From: Bacillus subtilis subsp. subtilis str. 168
GTDB taxonomy: Bacteria > Bacillota > Bacilli > Bacillales > Bacillaceae
Assembly: GCF_000009045.1 (NCBI RefSeq)
Contig: NC_000964.3
Coordinates: forward strand, 360,001-392,000
Reading direction: 5' to 3'
DNA length: 32,000 bases
The notes beneath the pieces are model-generated. The model had not been told where the DNA came from. It ran no database searches and saw nothing but the letters and a program-made list of their open reading frames with translations. Positions 7,995 to 16,670 of this stretch are shown piece after piece. Numbering within the stretch: position 1 is the first letter of the stretch; each line of letters starts with the position of its first letter. Both the position numbers and the translations under genes were made by a program.

Positions 7995-8858
7995 TTACAA
8001 ATCAACGTCCTGAACGTCGGCATCAATTTTTTTTGATACATCTGCTTTATTGAAGAATTGTTTCGACAGTTTAGTCAAAGAGCCATCCTTGCTCATCTCT
8101 TTCAATGCTTCGTTCATCTTTTTCTGAAGTGCCGCATTGCTTTTTTTCATGACAAGGGCCTGTTTGTTCGGCATGTACTTGATGTCAGGATGAATTGTAA
8201 TGTTGAGATCCGGGAATGCCGCGAGCGCAAGTGTCTGCAGGTAATAGTCGTTTAAAATGACGTCAGTGCGTCCGTTGGCAACATCTTTTAAATATTGCTC
8301 ATTCGTCGCATTATCATAAATCACTTCTTTGGCGCCGTATTTTCTCGCGACCTCCATGTAGACGGTTGTAGCCGCGCCAGCCGCTTTCTTCCCTTTTAAA
8401 TCCTTGAGCGTTTTAATCCCTGATAAATCGTCTTTTCGGACAATTGCCGTGCCGTATGAATATTTATATGGAGTGGAAAATGCGAACTTCTCCTCACGGT
8501 CCTTCGTCACATCGATGTCATTCGCGGCTGCGTCAACCTGTCCGCTGTTCACCGCTGTCAGCATCCCGTCAATGCCCATCTCCTTGAACTCAACCTTCAG
8601 CCCCAAGCGTTTTGCCGCTTCACGAACAACTTCAACCTCGTAGCCCGTCAGCTTATCAGAGCCAGAGTCAGTATCGTGATAAGAAGTGGGATAGAGCGTA
8701 CCTGATGTAGCGACTACGATTTTCCCTTTATCCTTAATCTGCTCCCAGCCTGTATCCTTGGAATCGGCTTCATTTTTGCCGGAACAGGCTGCCAATATAA
8801 GAAAGAAAGCCATTGTGAAACTGAATATAACGGCTTTGGAATGCATGAATGATTTCAC
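7995..8858 (-). CDS. yckB: Amino-acid ABC transporter substrate-binding lipoprotein YckB
   Basis: 287-aa ORF with a GTG start 7-8 nt after GGGGGA. It has a signal peptide with lipobox ILAACSG and family-3 solute-binding-protein features. An alternative ATG lies 4 codons in (8846). Confidence 0.88.
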   Translation of the reverse strand: MKSFMHSKAVIFSFTMAFFLILAACSGKNEADSKDTGWEQIKDKGKIVVATSGTLYPTSYHDTDSGSDKLTGYEVEVVREAAKRLGLKVEFKEMGIDGMLTAVNSGQVDAAANDIDVTKDREEKFAFSTPYKYSYGTAIVRKDDLSGIKTLKDLKGKKAAGAATTVYMEVARKYGAKEVIYDNATNEQYLKDVANGRTDVILNDYYLQTLALAAFPDLNITIHPDIKYMPNKQALVMKKSNAALQKKMNEALKEMSKDGSLTKLSKQFFNKADVSKKIDADVQDVDL

Positions 8859-8974
8859 CTATAGTTCCCCCAATCTGTTAATCAACTAAAAAGATAGCAT
8901 TGAACATAAGGGGTTGCAATATGTTGATCGCGTTTTCAAAAAGTTCGAATTGTGTATACAAAAAGCATGGGTGG

Positions 8975-9217
8975 GTGTTTAAAAGCGTCTATGAAGGGAA
9001 GAGGTGATGAAAAAAGGAATTGTCCAAGGATGAATGCCAGACGTACCAAGGAAACGCATGTGAAAGTGAAGGATGCAGCAGACCCGTCACTCATCTATGC
9101 CAATACCGGAAGAAATGGTCAAGAGGCATGAAACCGATCTTCAGAATAAATTTAAGTCTTGCTGATGCCCCTAAGGCATATGATATATTCGATGAGAAAG
9201 AAAATGGAAACATTTAA
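8975..9217 (+). pseudogene. Candidate relic of a zinc-type medium-chain (formaldehyde/alcohol-like) dehydrogenase gene, internally deleted and stop-interrupted
   Basis: A single frame reads VFKSVYEGKR-TGA-TGA-KKELSKDECQTYQGNACESEGCSRPVTHLCQYRKKWSRGMKPIFRINLSLADAPKAYDIFDEKENGNI-stop. The start resembles the MKAVVYEGKxD N-terminus of MDR dehydrogenases. The end resembles their L-x-L-x-DAP-x-AY-x-x-F-x-x-K-x-x-G-x-IK C-terminus. Only ~80 codons remain of the ~350-400 expected. This is judged from memory of family consensus, not from a search. Confidence 0.35.
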
Positions 9218-9235
9218 ACCATAATGGGGAGTCAA

Positions 9236-9691
9236 ATGAATATTTACAAACCAGCCGGATTTTGGATCAGACTTGGAGCTGCATTGTTAGACTACATTAT
9301 AGTCTCCGTGCCGCTTTTGCTGATCTATTGGCTGATTACAGGAAAAGACCCAAACGACAGCATGTTCATCAGTTTGGTTGTTCTGCTGTATTCTATTTTG
9401 CTGCCGATGTTTTGGCGCGGTTATCTTATCGGAAAAAGGATCTGCGGAATCAGAATCGTAAAAAAAGACGGATCACAGGTCAGTCTGTTAACAATGTTTT
9501 TACGGGTTATTGTAGCCGGCCTGGTTTACTGTATAACCTTCGGACTCGGCTTGATCGCCAGCCTGATTCTGATTGCCGTACGAGAAGACAAACGGACCCT
9601 GCATGATTTAATCGCGGGAACATATGTCACTTATGCGACACCAGGTGAAGAGGAACTTAATGCTGACGAAGAGATTAGAAAGAGCGAATAA
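9236..9691 (+). CDS. yckC: RDD-family integral membrane protein YckC
   Basis: The ORF is open from 9224 (155 aa). I prefer the ATG at 9236 (151 aa) because GGGGAG lies just upstream of it, though the spacing is short, so 9224 remains possible. It has three predicted TM segments and a C-terminal RDD-type motif (REDKRTLHDLIAGTYV). Confidence 0.8.
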   Translation: MNIYKPAGFWIRLGAALLDYIIVSVPLLLIYWLITGKDPNDSMFISLVVLLYSILLPMFWRGYLIGKRICGIRIVKKDGSQVSLLTMFLRVIVAGLVYCITFGLGLIASLILIAVREDKRTLHDLIAGTYVTYATPGEEELNADEEIRKSE

Positions 9692-9708
9692 TGGTTCGCT
9701 CTTTTTAT
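9681..9708 (+). terminator. Rho-independent terminator after yckC
   Basis: AGAGCGAA-taatgg-TTCGCTCT followed by TTTTTATTTTT. The hairpin overlaps the stop codon. Confidence 0.8.
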
Positions 9709-9772
9709 TTTTATGCATAAAAAATACAAGGCAGCAAAACATATGAAAAATAGGATTGGAGGAATAAAATGG

Positions 9773-10105
9773 ATGAAACGAATAACCATCAACATTATCA
9801 CAATGTTCATTGCAGCGGCTGTCATTTCTCTGACCGGTACAGCTGAGGCCGCTGAAAAACAGCAGCAGTCTCCCGCAAATGTTACACTGACAGATCAGCA
9901 AAAGAAAGAGATTGAACAACTGGAAGCAGAGATTCTTAAAAAGCGCAAAGACGTGATCTCAAAGTATGTACAATACGGTATCCTGCCTAAAGAAAGAGGA
10001 GAACACATCAAAAATCACTTGGACAAACACTTTGAAATGATGAAACAAAACGGCTTTGTTCCAAAGCACCATCCTCATCCGCATAAATTTGAAAAAAGAC
10101 ATTAA
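9773..10105 (+). CDS. yckD: Small secreted protein YckD (DUF2680-like) with histidine-rich C-terminus
   Basis: The ORF track opens at 9713, but GGAGG (9758-9762) sits 10 nt before the ATG at 9773. That start gives 110 aa beginning MKRITINIITMFIAAAVISLTGTAEA (signal peptide, AEA cleavage site). The C-terminus is PKHHPHPHKFEKRH. Confidence 0.82.
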   Translation: MKRITINIITMFIAAAVISLTGTAEAAEKQQQSPANVTLTDQQKKEIEQLEAEILKKRKDVISKYVQYGILPKERGEHIKNHLDKHFEMMKQNGFVPKHHPHPHKFEKRH

Positions 10106-10111
10106 GATTTT

Positions 10112-10141
10112 AAGCATCCAATGGGAATTGGGTGCTTTTGC
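10112..10141 (+). terminator. Probable rho-independent terminator after yckD
   Basis: AAGCATCCA-atgggaat-TGGGTGCTT (one G-U pair) followed by a short TTT run. Confidence 0.6.
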
Positions 10142-10197
10142 GTTATTTACAGGTAGGCAATATTAGCTGAGCTGTTCCGCGACTAACATCGAGTTGA

Positions 10198-10215
10198 TAT
10201 GAAACGCGTTTCATA
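10198..10215. promoter_or_regulatory. 18-bp perfect palindrome TATGAAACGCGTTTCATA (cre-like operator) within the putative bglC promoter
   Basis: Perfect dyad. The outer half-sites TGAAA/TTTCA resemble the CcpA cre (TGWAANCGNTNWCA). The centre is ...ACGCGT..., so the conserved central CG is shifted by one position. It lies between a TTGATA -35-like hexamer (10194-10199) and TATGAT (10219-10224). Confidence 0.45.
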
Positions 10216-10216
10216 G

Positions 10217-11692
<1,476 letters not shown>

Positions 11693-11697
11693 AGAGT

Positions 11698-11726
11698 CCC
11701 TGAGAGTTATTCTCTCAGGGGTTTTT
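11698..11726. terminator. Terminator shared by convergent bglC and nin
   Basis: CCCTGAGAG-ttatt-CTCTCAGGG followed by GTTTTT. It sits between the bglC stop (11692) and the nin stop (11729). Confidence 0.85.
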
Positions 11727-11728
11727 CA

Positions 11729-12127
11729 TTACACAGAAACAGCATCAATAATATAAGTGTCGGCGTGCAAATCTGACATTTCAGCCGGCACAGTCCAGCA
11801 TGTCAATTGATAGTCTCCTTTAGGCAGATCAAAGGACAGTCTTTTAGACATGATGCTTTCAATATGAATTCCGTTTTCTGTGACATGAAAAGGAACAGTC
11901 ACTTTTTTTTCGTAGGAGTTTACTGTTTCTGAACTGTTCAGGCGAAAAAGAATAAAGGCCTTTGTATTTCGCTGTGCCTCAAAGGAAATGGCTCCGTCTG
12001 CCGCAGCATATCCTTTTTCAATCGCTTCGTCAGTCCAATCCATTACAGGAGGTGTAGAATCCTTTTGAAATACAGTAAATTGATGATATGAAATCGAAAG
12101 TTCTTGCGGCTTCCATGATTTGATCAA
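11729..12127 (-). CDS. nin: Nin, proteinaceous inhibitor of the competence nuclease NucA
   Basis: 132-aa ORF with a TTG start 9 nt after GAGGAGG. It lies immediately downstream of nucA. Protein recognised as B. subtilis Nin. Confidence 0.88.
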   Translation of the reverse strand: MIKSWKPQELSISYHQFTVFQKDSTPPVMDWTDEAIEKGYAAADGAISFEAQRNTKAFILFRLNSSETVNSYEKKVTVPFHVTENGIHIESIMSKRLSFDLPKGDYQLTCWTVPAEMSDLHADTYIIDAVSV

Positions 12128-12153
12128 TGTGCTGTTCCTCCTCTATGTACTGT

Positions 12154-12603
12154 TTACTGAATTGTGAATAAAACCTTTGTGCCGTCTGGGTAATCGGTAA
12201 GCCGATGCCCGACCCAAGAGCCTGCTCCGCGGTTGTCAGCGGGAGAAATGTATTCTACAGAAGCTCCCTCACCGCCTTCTTTGCACATGGCCATTGGCCA
12301 TTCATCTCTGTCATACCCCTTTTTGGAAGGTACGTCCTTTAATGATTGCTCGCGGCGTTCTTCAGCTCCGTCTCTGTCAATAGTGCACACCTCTGAGTGC
12401 CCCTCATTTATCGCATCCTTAATATGCTTGGCAGTTTCGGGATACCGGTCAGATGGGAAGGCCATTGTTTCATCATATTCTTTCGTTTGAGACGTTTTTT
12501 GATCAGCTGAGAAAAAGTCTCCTTTTATCAGGCCGACAGCTGCAGCTGCTATGATGACGATGACGAGAAGTATCGTTTTTATGATGTCCGTCGTGATGTT
12601 CAC
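12154..12603 (-). CDS. nucA: Membrane-anchored DNA-entry nuclease NucA (competence)
   Basis: ORF of 149 codons from a GTG that is itself part of the GGGAGGTG Shine-Dalgarno, so the true start may be 1-2 codons downstream. It has an N-terminal TM anchor ([20 protein letters not shown]) and a C-terminal nuclease domain. Recognised as NucA. Confidence 0.88.
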   Translation of the reverse strand: MNITTDIIKTILLVIVIIAAAAVGLIKGDFFSADQKTSQTKEYDETMAFPSDRYPETAKHIKDAINEGHSEVCTIDRDGAEERREQSLKDVPSKKGYDRDEWPMAMCKEGGEGASVEYISPADNRGAGSWVGHRLTDYPDGTKVLFTIQ

Positions 12604-12692
12604 CTCCCGCTTTTAAAACTGACACAAGAGTAATCCAGAAAGCATTTGGTGTAAAGGTTTAAATTTTATGTTTTACGATCAGTTTATTGCAG

Positions 12693-12727
12693 AAATCGTA
12701 ATTTTAGCAGATCGAAATATTTGTTTT
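12693..12727 (-). promoter_or_regulatory. Candidate ComK box (two AAAA-N5-(A/T)TTT motifs) upstream of nucA
   Basis: The minus strand reads AAAACAAATATTT-cgatctgct-AAAATTACGATTT. These are two AT-boxes about two helical turns apart (spacer 9 instead of the canonical 8), ~90-125 nt upstream of the nucA start. nucA-nin is a known late competence operon. Confidence 0.35.
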
Positions 12728-12770
12728 CAGCAAAATACGATTGCCAATTTACAATAATGATAGTAAGTCA

Positions 12771-14492
12771 TCAGCCGTTTTCGGCTTGATTAATCATTTT
12801 AAATTGGCTTATGATACCGGTAAGCTCCTCAGCTAATTGAGAAAGTGTTTCAGAAGCTGCGGTAATCTCCTCCATTGCAGCAAATTGCTCCTCTGTTAAT
12901 GCAGCCGCTTGCCGGGTATTTTTAGTAGATTCTTTAATGTCGGCCGTATTGGCTGCAAAGGAATCATTTATTTGATGTGCACTGGCTGAAATGTTTGTTA
13001 CAGATGCTGATAAATCACTAATCTCGGCGCTGATTTCACCTGTTGCAGCTGCAATTTCCTTAAATGCATCTCTGGTGCGCTGGATCATGGTGACTCCTTC
13101 TGCAGCTTCTGTTTTCACATGCTCAACAGATCTTGCAGACCGGTTCATATCCTTTTGTATTTCTATGATCAGTTTTGAAATCTGCCCCGCAGACTGTTGA
13201 GACTCTTCTGCTAATTTCCGTACTTCATCAGCAACAACAGCAAAGCCTTTTCCTTGTTCACCGGCTCTGGCAGCTTCAATCGCTGCATTCAGCGCAAGCA
13301 GGTTTGTCTGATCAGCAATTTGGGTGATGACCGATAAAATTTGCTCAATTTGTTTAGAGCGGCCGTCTAACTGGTGTATGATTTCTCCGCTTTTCTGAAT
13401 TGACTGGTGAATCGCATCCATTTGCGCCTGTACATTTGCAATTTCCTTTTGTCCAATGTCTGCTTTTGATTGAGCGAGCTGCCCTTTGTCAGCGATAGCG
13501 GCAGTATTTGCAGAAATATCCCGGATGTCTGCTGAAGCTTGTTTTAATGAGCTTTCACTATTTTCAATTCGGGTGATCTGATCTTGGGCTCCATTTGCAA
13601 TCTGCTGTACAGCTTCTGTGATTTTTTCTGAAGCTTGATTTGTTTCCTCTGCTCCGGCTGAGAGCTGCTGAGAGGCTGACGCAAGCTGAAGGGCTGATTG
13701 TTGTACGGTTTGTATGGTATCGTTCAGCTTCATTCTCATCTTATTATAATAGACGCTTAGTTCTGAAAGCTCGTCACCGGTTTTGTCTGACACCTCTATT
13801 GTCATATCTCCGTTTCCGGCACTTTCAAAGGCGCTTTTTAAAGCGTTCAGCCGCTTGTTGATTTTTCTGGTGAAAACCAAGACAAGGATGACTGATACCA
13901 TAATGACGATAACAAGAACGATAGCGAATTGAGTGAAAAGTGATTGTGTAAGTGATGCTAAAATACTTTGATTAGCTCCGGTATACAGCATGCCGATGAT
14001 GTTCCCATTTTGATCTTTTAACGGCATGTATGCAGTCTGATAAGAAGAACCTGCTACATCTGCTTGTCCGTAAAAACGCTTTCCTTTCTTTAAAACAGCG
14101 GCAATAACTTCAGAAGAAGCCTGGGTGCCGACGGCTCTTTCGCCATTTTTCATGACATTGGTTGCAACACGAGTATCGCCTTGGAAAATGGTAATGGTAT
14201 CACCTGTCTTTTCACCAAGCAGATCAACAATATCTTCATTTCCATTGATTTGTGTTTGCCCTTTATAGAGCTTATTGTTTTTCACCTGCCAGTCGCCTGA
14301 CATGACATCATCAATATAAGTGCTGCTTAAAGCGAGATCACCTTTCGCTTTTTCAGTTGCCATTTGTTTCATGCTTTCTGTAATTTCCTTAAGCATCACA
14401 GTGCCAACTGATGCCGAAAACAAAAGAATCACCACGAAAACGAGGCAAAGAATTTTAGTTCCTAGCTTCATCTTAAATCGTTTTATCAACAT
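12771..14492 (-). CDS. tlpC: Methyl-accepting chemotaxis protein TlpC
   Basis: 573-aa ORF. It has an N-terminal TM, a ~150-aa extracellular sensor domain, a second TM, a HAMP region and the highly conserved MCP signalling hairpin ([34 protein letters not shown]). Confidence 0.92.
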
Positions 14493-14526
14493 AATTCCTC
14501 CCTTTACGATTTGCAGGTCATATTAC

Positions 14527-14554
14527 TTATCGGGTTTTTGGGTTTAAAGTTTTA
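14527..14554 (-). promoter_or_regulatory. Candidate sigma-D promoter of tlpC
   Basis: The minus strand reads TAAA-N16-CCCGATAA against the consensus TAAA-N15-GCCGATAT. It ends ~35 nt upstream of the tlpC start. The spacer is one nt long and the match is imperfect. Confidence 0.4.
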
Positions 14555-14560
14555 TTTTAG

Positions 14561-14594
14561 AAAAAATAAAACCGGCCTGATCTTCAGGCCGGTT
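14561..14594 (-). terminator. Rho-independent terminator after hxlB
   Basis: The minus strand reads AACCGGCCTGA-aga-TCAGGCCGGTT followed by TTATTTTTT, starting 9 nt after the hxlB stop. Confidence 0.88.
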
Positions 14595-14602
14595 GTGTGA
14601 TG

Positions 14603-15160
14603 CTATTCAAGGTTTGCGTGGTGAGTGAACATAGTTTCAGAATCGAGACCTTTTTTCTCCATGAGTTTTAAAATCACTGCATCATAGAAGAGCAGCAAAG
14701 TTTGTTCAAATAATGATCCCATTGGCTGAATGGTTTTATAGCTTCCGTTAGACTGGTCTTTAGGGGAACCAGGCATTCTGATGATGAGGTCCGCTTGTTT
14801 TCCGATGCTTGATTCCGGATTGATGGTTAAAGCGGCAACAATTCCGTGTAAGCTTTTTGCTTTTGCTGCGGTATGAATCAAGCTCTTTGTCTCGCCTGAT
14901 CCTGAGCCGATAATAACTAGATCTCCTTCGGCGAGCGGCGGAGTGAGAATCTCACCTACTATATGGGCGTTGAAGCCCATGTGCATCAGTCTCATCGCGA
15001 AGGATTTTGCCATCAGGCCAGACCGCCCCGCACCCGCGGTGAAAATTTGGTGGGATGAAAGAATGTGATCGGCAAGCTGGTCAGCTTCTTCATTAGAAAT
15101 ATAAGCTGCTGAATTGTGTAACTCATTGAGAATTTCCGCTACGTATTCAGTCGTTTTCAT
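14603..15160 (-). CDS. hxlB: 6-phospho-3-hexuloisomerase (SIS domain), RuMP pathway
   Basis: 185-aa ORF with a SIS-domain pattern (GAGRSG...IGSGSGET). It starts 5 nt downstream of hxlA. Recognised as HxlB. Confidence 0.92.
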   Translation of the reverse strand: MKTTEYVAEILNELHNSAAYISNEEADQLADHILSSHQIFTAGAGRSGLMAKSFAMRLMHMGFNAHIVGEILTPPLAEGDLVIIGSGSGETKSLIHTAAKAKSLHGIVAALTINPESSIGKQADLIIRMPGSPKDQSNGSYKTIQPMGSLFEQTLLLFYDAVILKLMEKKGLDSETMFTHHANLE

Positions 15161-15165
15161 CGGAG

Positions 15166-15798
15166 TTATCCTTGGACAATCAGCTGCTTCATTTTTGAAG
15201 CTGTTTCCGCCTTATCAGCTGCGCTTGTAATTCCGCCCCCGACAATGACAAGGTCAGGCTTTTGCTGGATCACTTCTGGCAGTGTATCAAGTTTGATGCC
15301 GCCCGCGATTGCGGTTTTTGCGTTTTTTACGGTATTTTTGATTGTCGTTAATTCTTCGAAAGAGTTTTTGCCCTCTGCTTGAAGATCATAGCCAGTGTGG
15401 ACGCAGATGTAGTCAACACCGAGTGCGTCAATTTCTTTCGCACGGGATTCGATATCTTTCACGTTAATCATGTCCACTAAGATTTTCTTCTTTTGTTTTT
15501 TGGCTTCTTCTACTGCGCCTTTAATCGTTGCATCGTCTGTAGCCCCTAAAACGGTGATGATGTCAGCGCCTGCTTCCGACGCTTTCATAATTTCGTAGCC
15601 TCCGGCATCCATGATTTTCAGGTCTGCAAGAACCTTCAATTGAGGAAATGCTTCTTTTATTTCTTTAACGGCTCTTAGGCCTTCATTGATGACGACCGGT
15701 GTTCCGATTTCAACTACGTCGATGTATTGTTCTACCTCTTTGACAAGCTCAATGGCTTCCGGGATGTTGACGAGGTCTAATGCAAGCTGTAATTCCAT
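15166..15798 (-). CDS. hxlA: 3-hexulose-6-phosphate synthase, RuMP pathway
   Basis: 210-aa ORF of the OMP-decarboxylase-like HPS family (MELQLALDL...DLKIMD...VGGGIT). SD AAGGGAGTGG is upstream. Recognised as HxlA. Confidence 0.92.
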   Translation of the reverse strand: MELQLALDLVNIPEAIELVKEVEQYIDVVEIGTPVVINEGLRAVKEIKEAFPQLKVLADLKIMDAGGYEIMKASEAGADIITVLGATDDATIKGAVEEAKKQKKKILVDMINVKDIESRAKEIDALGVDYICVHTGYDLQAEGKNSFEELTTIKNTVKNAKTAIAGGIKLDTLPEVIQQKPDLVIVGGGITSAADKAETASKMKQLIVQG

Positions 15799-16031
15799 TG
15801 TTGATCCACTCCCTTTTTCGAATTATTGTTCATTCTATAGGTTCCTTCTTTTGTTGAGAAGTAGGCACTTTGAAGTCAACAAGTTACTTGGAGGATACTG
15901 TGAGGAGAGACAATCAGATTTCTTTCGCTTGATTTTATGAGTGAGTATAATGAAAAAAGAGTCTGCAAAAAAGTAAGTAAGTGATGATACGTATCTAACA
16001 TACAAAAAGGTTACTAAGGGGGGGGATTCTA

Positions 16032-16394
16032 TTGAGCCGGATGGACGACAAAAGGTTTAATTGTGAGAAGGAATTAACGCTTGCAGTGATTGGCGGTAAA
16101 TGGAAAATGCTCATTTTATGGCATTTAGGAAAAGAAGGCACAAAACGGTTCAATGAATTAAAAACATTGATTCCTGATATTACGCAGAAGATCCTCGTGA
16201 ATCAGCTGAGAGAGCTTGAGCAGGATATGATTGTTCACAGGGAAGTGTATCCAGTTGTCCCGCCGAAGGTTGAATATTCTCTGACCCCGCACGGAGAAAG
16301 CCTCATGCCTATTCTTGAAGCCATGTATGAGTGGGGGAAAGGCTATATGGAATTGATTGATATCGACAAAAATGTCATGAAAGAATCGTTGTAA
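16032..16394 (+). CDS. hxlR: HxlR-type winged-helix transcriptional activator of hxlAB
   Basis: 120-aa ORF with a TTG start 6 nt after a G-rich SD (AAGGGGGGGG). It has the HxlR/DUF24 signature C-x...[13 protein letters not shown]. It is divergent from hxlAB. Confidence 0.9.
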
Positions 16395-16423
16395 GACGCT
16401 CTTCGCAAGGGTGTCTTTTTTTG
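16394..16423 (+). terminator. Rho-independent terminator after hxlR
   Basis: AGACGCTCTT-cgca-AGGGTGTCT hairpin (with G-U pairs) followed by TTTTTTT. It overlaps the stop codon. Confidence 0.7.
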
Positions 16424-16559
16424 CCTTTTTTTCGGTTTTTGCGCGGTACACATAGTCATGTAAAGATTGTAAATTGCATTCAGCAATAAAAAAAGATTGA
16501 ACGCAGCAGTTTGGTTTAAAAATTTTTATTTTTCTGTAAATAATGTTTAGTGGAAATGA

Positions 16560-16575
16560 TTGCGGCATCCCGCAA
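16560..16575. promoter_or_regulatory. ComA box 1 of the srfA promoter
   Basis: TTGCGGCATCCCGCAA is a perfect TTGCGG-N4-CCGCAA dyad. Confidence 0.88.
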
Positions 16576-16603
16576 AAAATATTGCTGTAAATAAACTGGA
16601 ATC

Positions 16604-16619
16604 TTTCGGCATCCCGCAT
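16604..16619. promoter_or_regulatory. ComA box 2 of the srfA promoter
   Basis: TTTCGGCATCCCGCAT has the same dyad with two mismatches. It is exactly 44 bp (about four helical turns) downstream of box 1. Confidence 0.85.
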
Positions 16620-16641
16620 GAAACTTTTCACCCATTTTTCG

Positions 16642-16670
16642 GTGATAAAAACATTTTTTTCATTTAAACT
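16642..16670 (+). promoter_or_regulatory. Probable srfA core promoter (GTGATA-17-TAAACT)
   Basis: The hexamers have a 17-nt spacer. They are placed so that ComA box 2 lies at about -74 to -59, the published geometry as I recall it. This implies a start near 16677 and a ~290-nt leader. Confidence 0.5.

Noticed and set aside
8921-9007. 28-codon ORF MLIAFSKSSNCVYKKHGWVFKSVYEGKR with an AAGGGG SD-like sequence 7 nt upstream.
   Set aside because: Its 3-prime end is the same frame as the dehydrogenase-like relic and it terminates at the tandem TGA codons. I interpret it as part of the pseudogene region rather than a bona fide small protein. Expression data could overturn this.
9262-9606. 114-aa alternative-frame ORF inside yckC, and similar nested ORFs in nasA (3671-4042, 3147-3434) and nasB (1111-1705).
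   Set aside because: They overlap well-supported membrane-protein or flavoprotein frames, have Arg-rich junk composition and have no SD.
9713-9772. Longer N-terminal extensions offered by the ORF track for yckD (start 9713) and bglC (start 10220).
   Set aside because: The internal ATGs (9773 and 10259) are each preceded by GGAGG/AGGAG at 10-11 nt. They give products starting with a proper signal peptide (YckD) or the canonical GH1 N-terminus (BglC). The upstream starts lack an SD, and 9713 lies inside the yckC terminator T-tract.
12693-12702. AAATCGTAAT, identical to a Zur-box left half, in the tlpC-nucA gap.
   Set aside because: The right half (TTTAGCAGATC) bears no resemblance to ATTACGATTT, so there is no dyad. 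It more likely forms part of the AT-rich ComK-type motifs.
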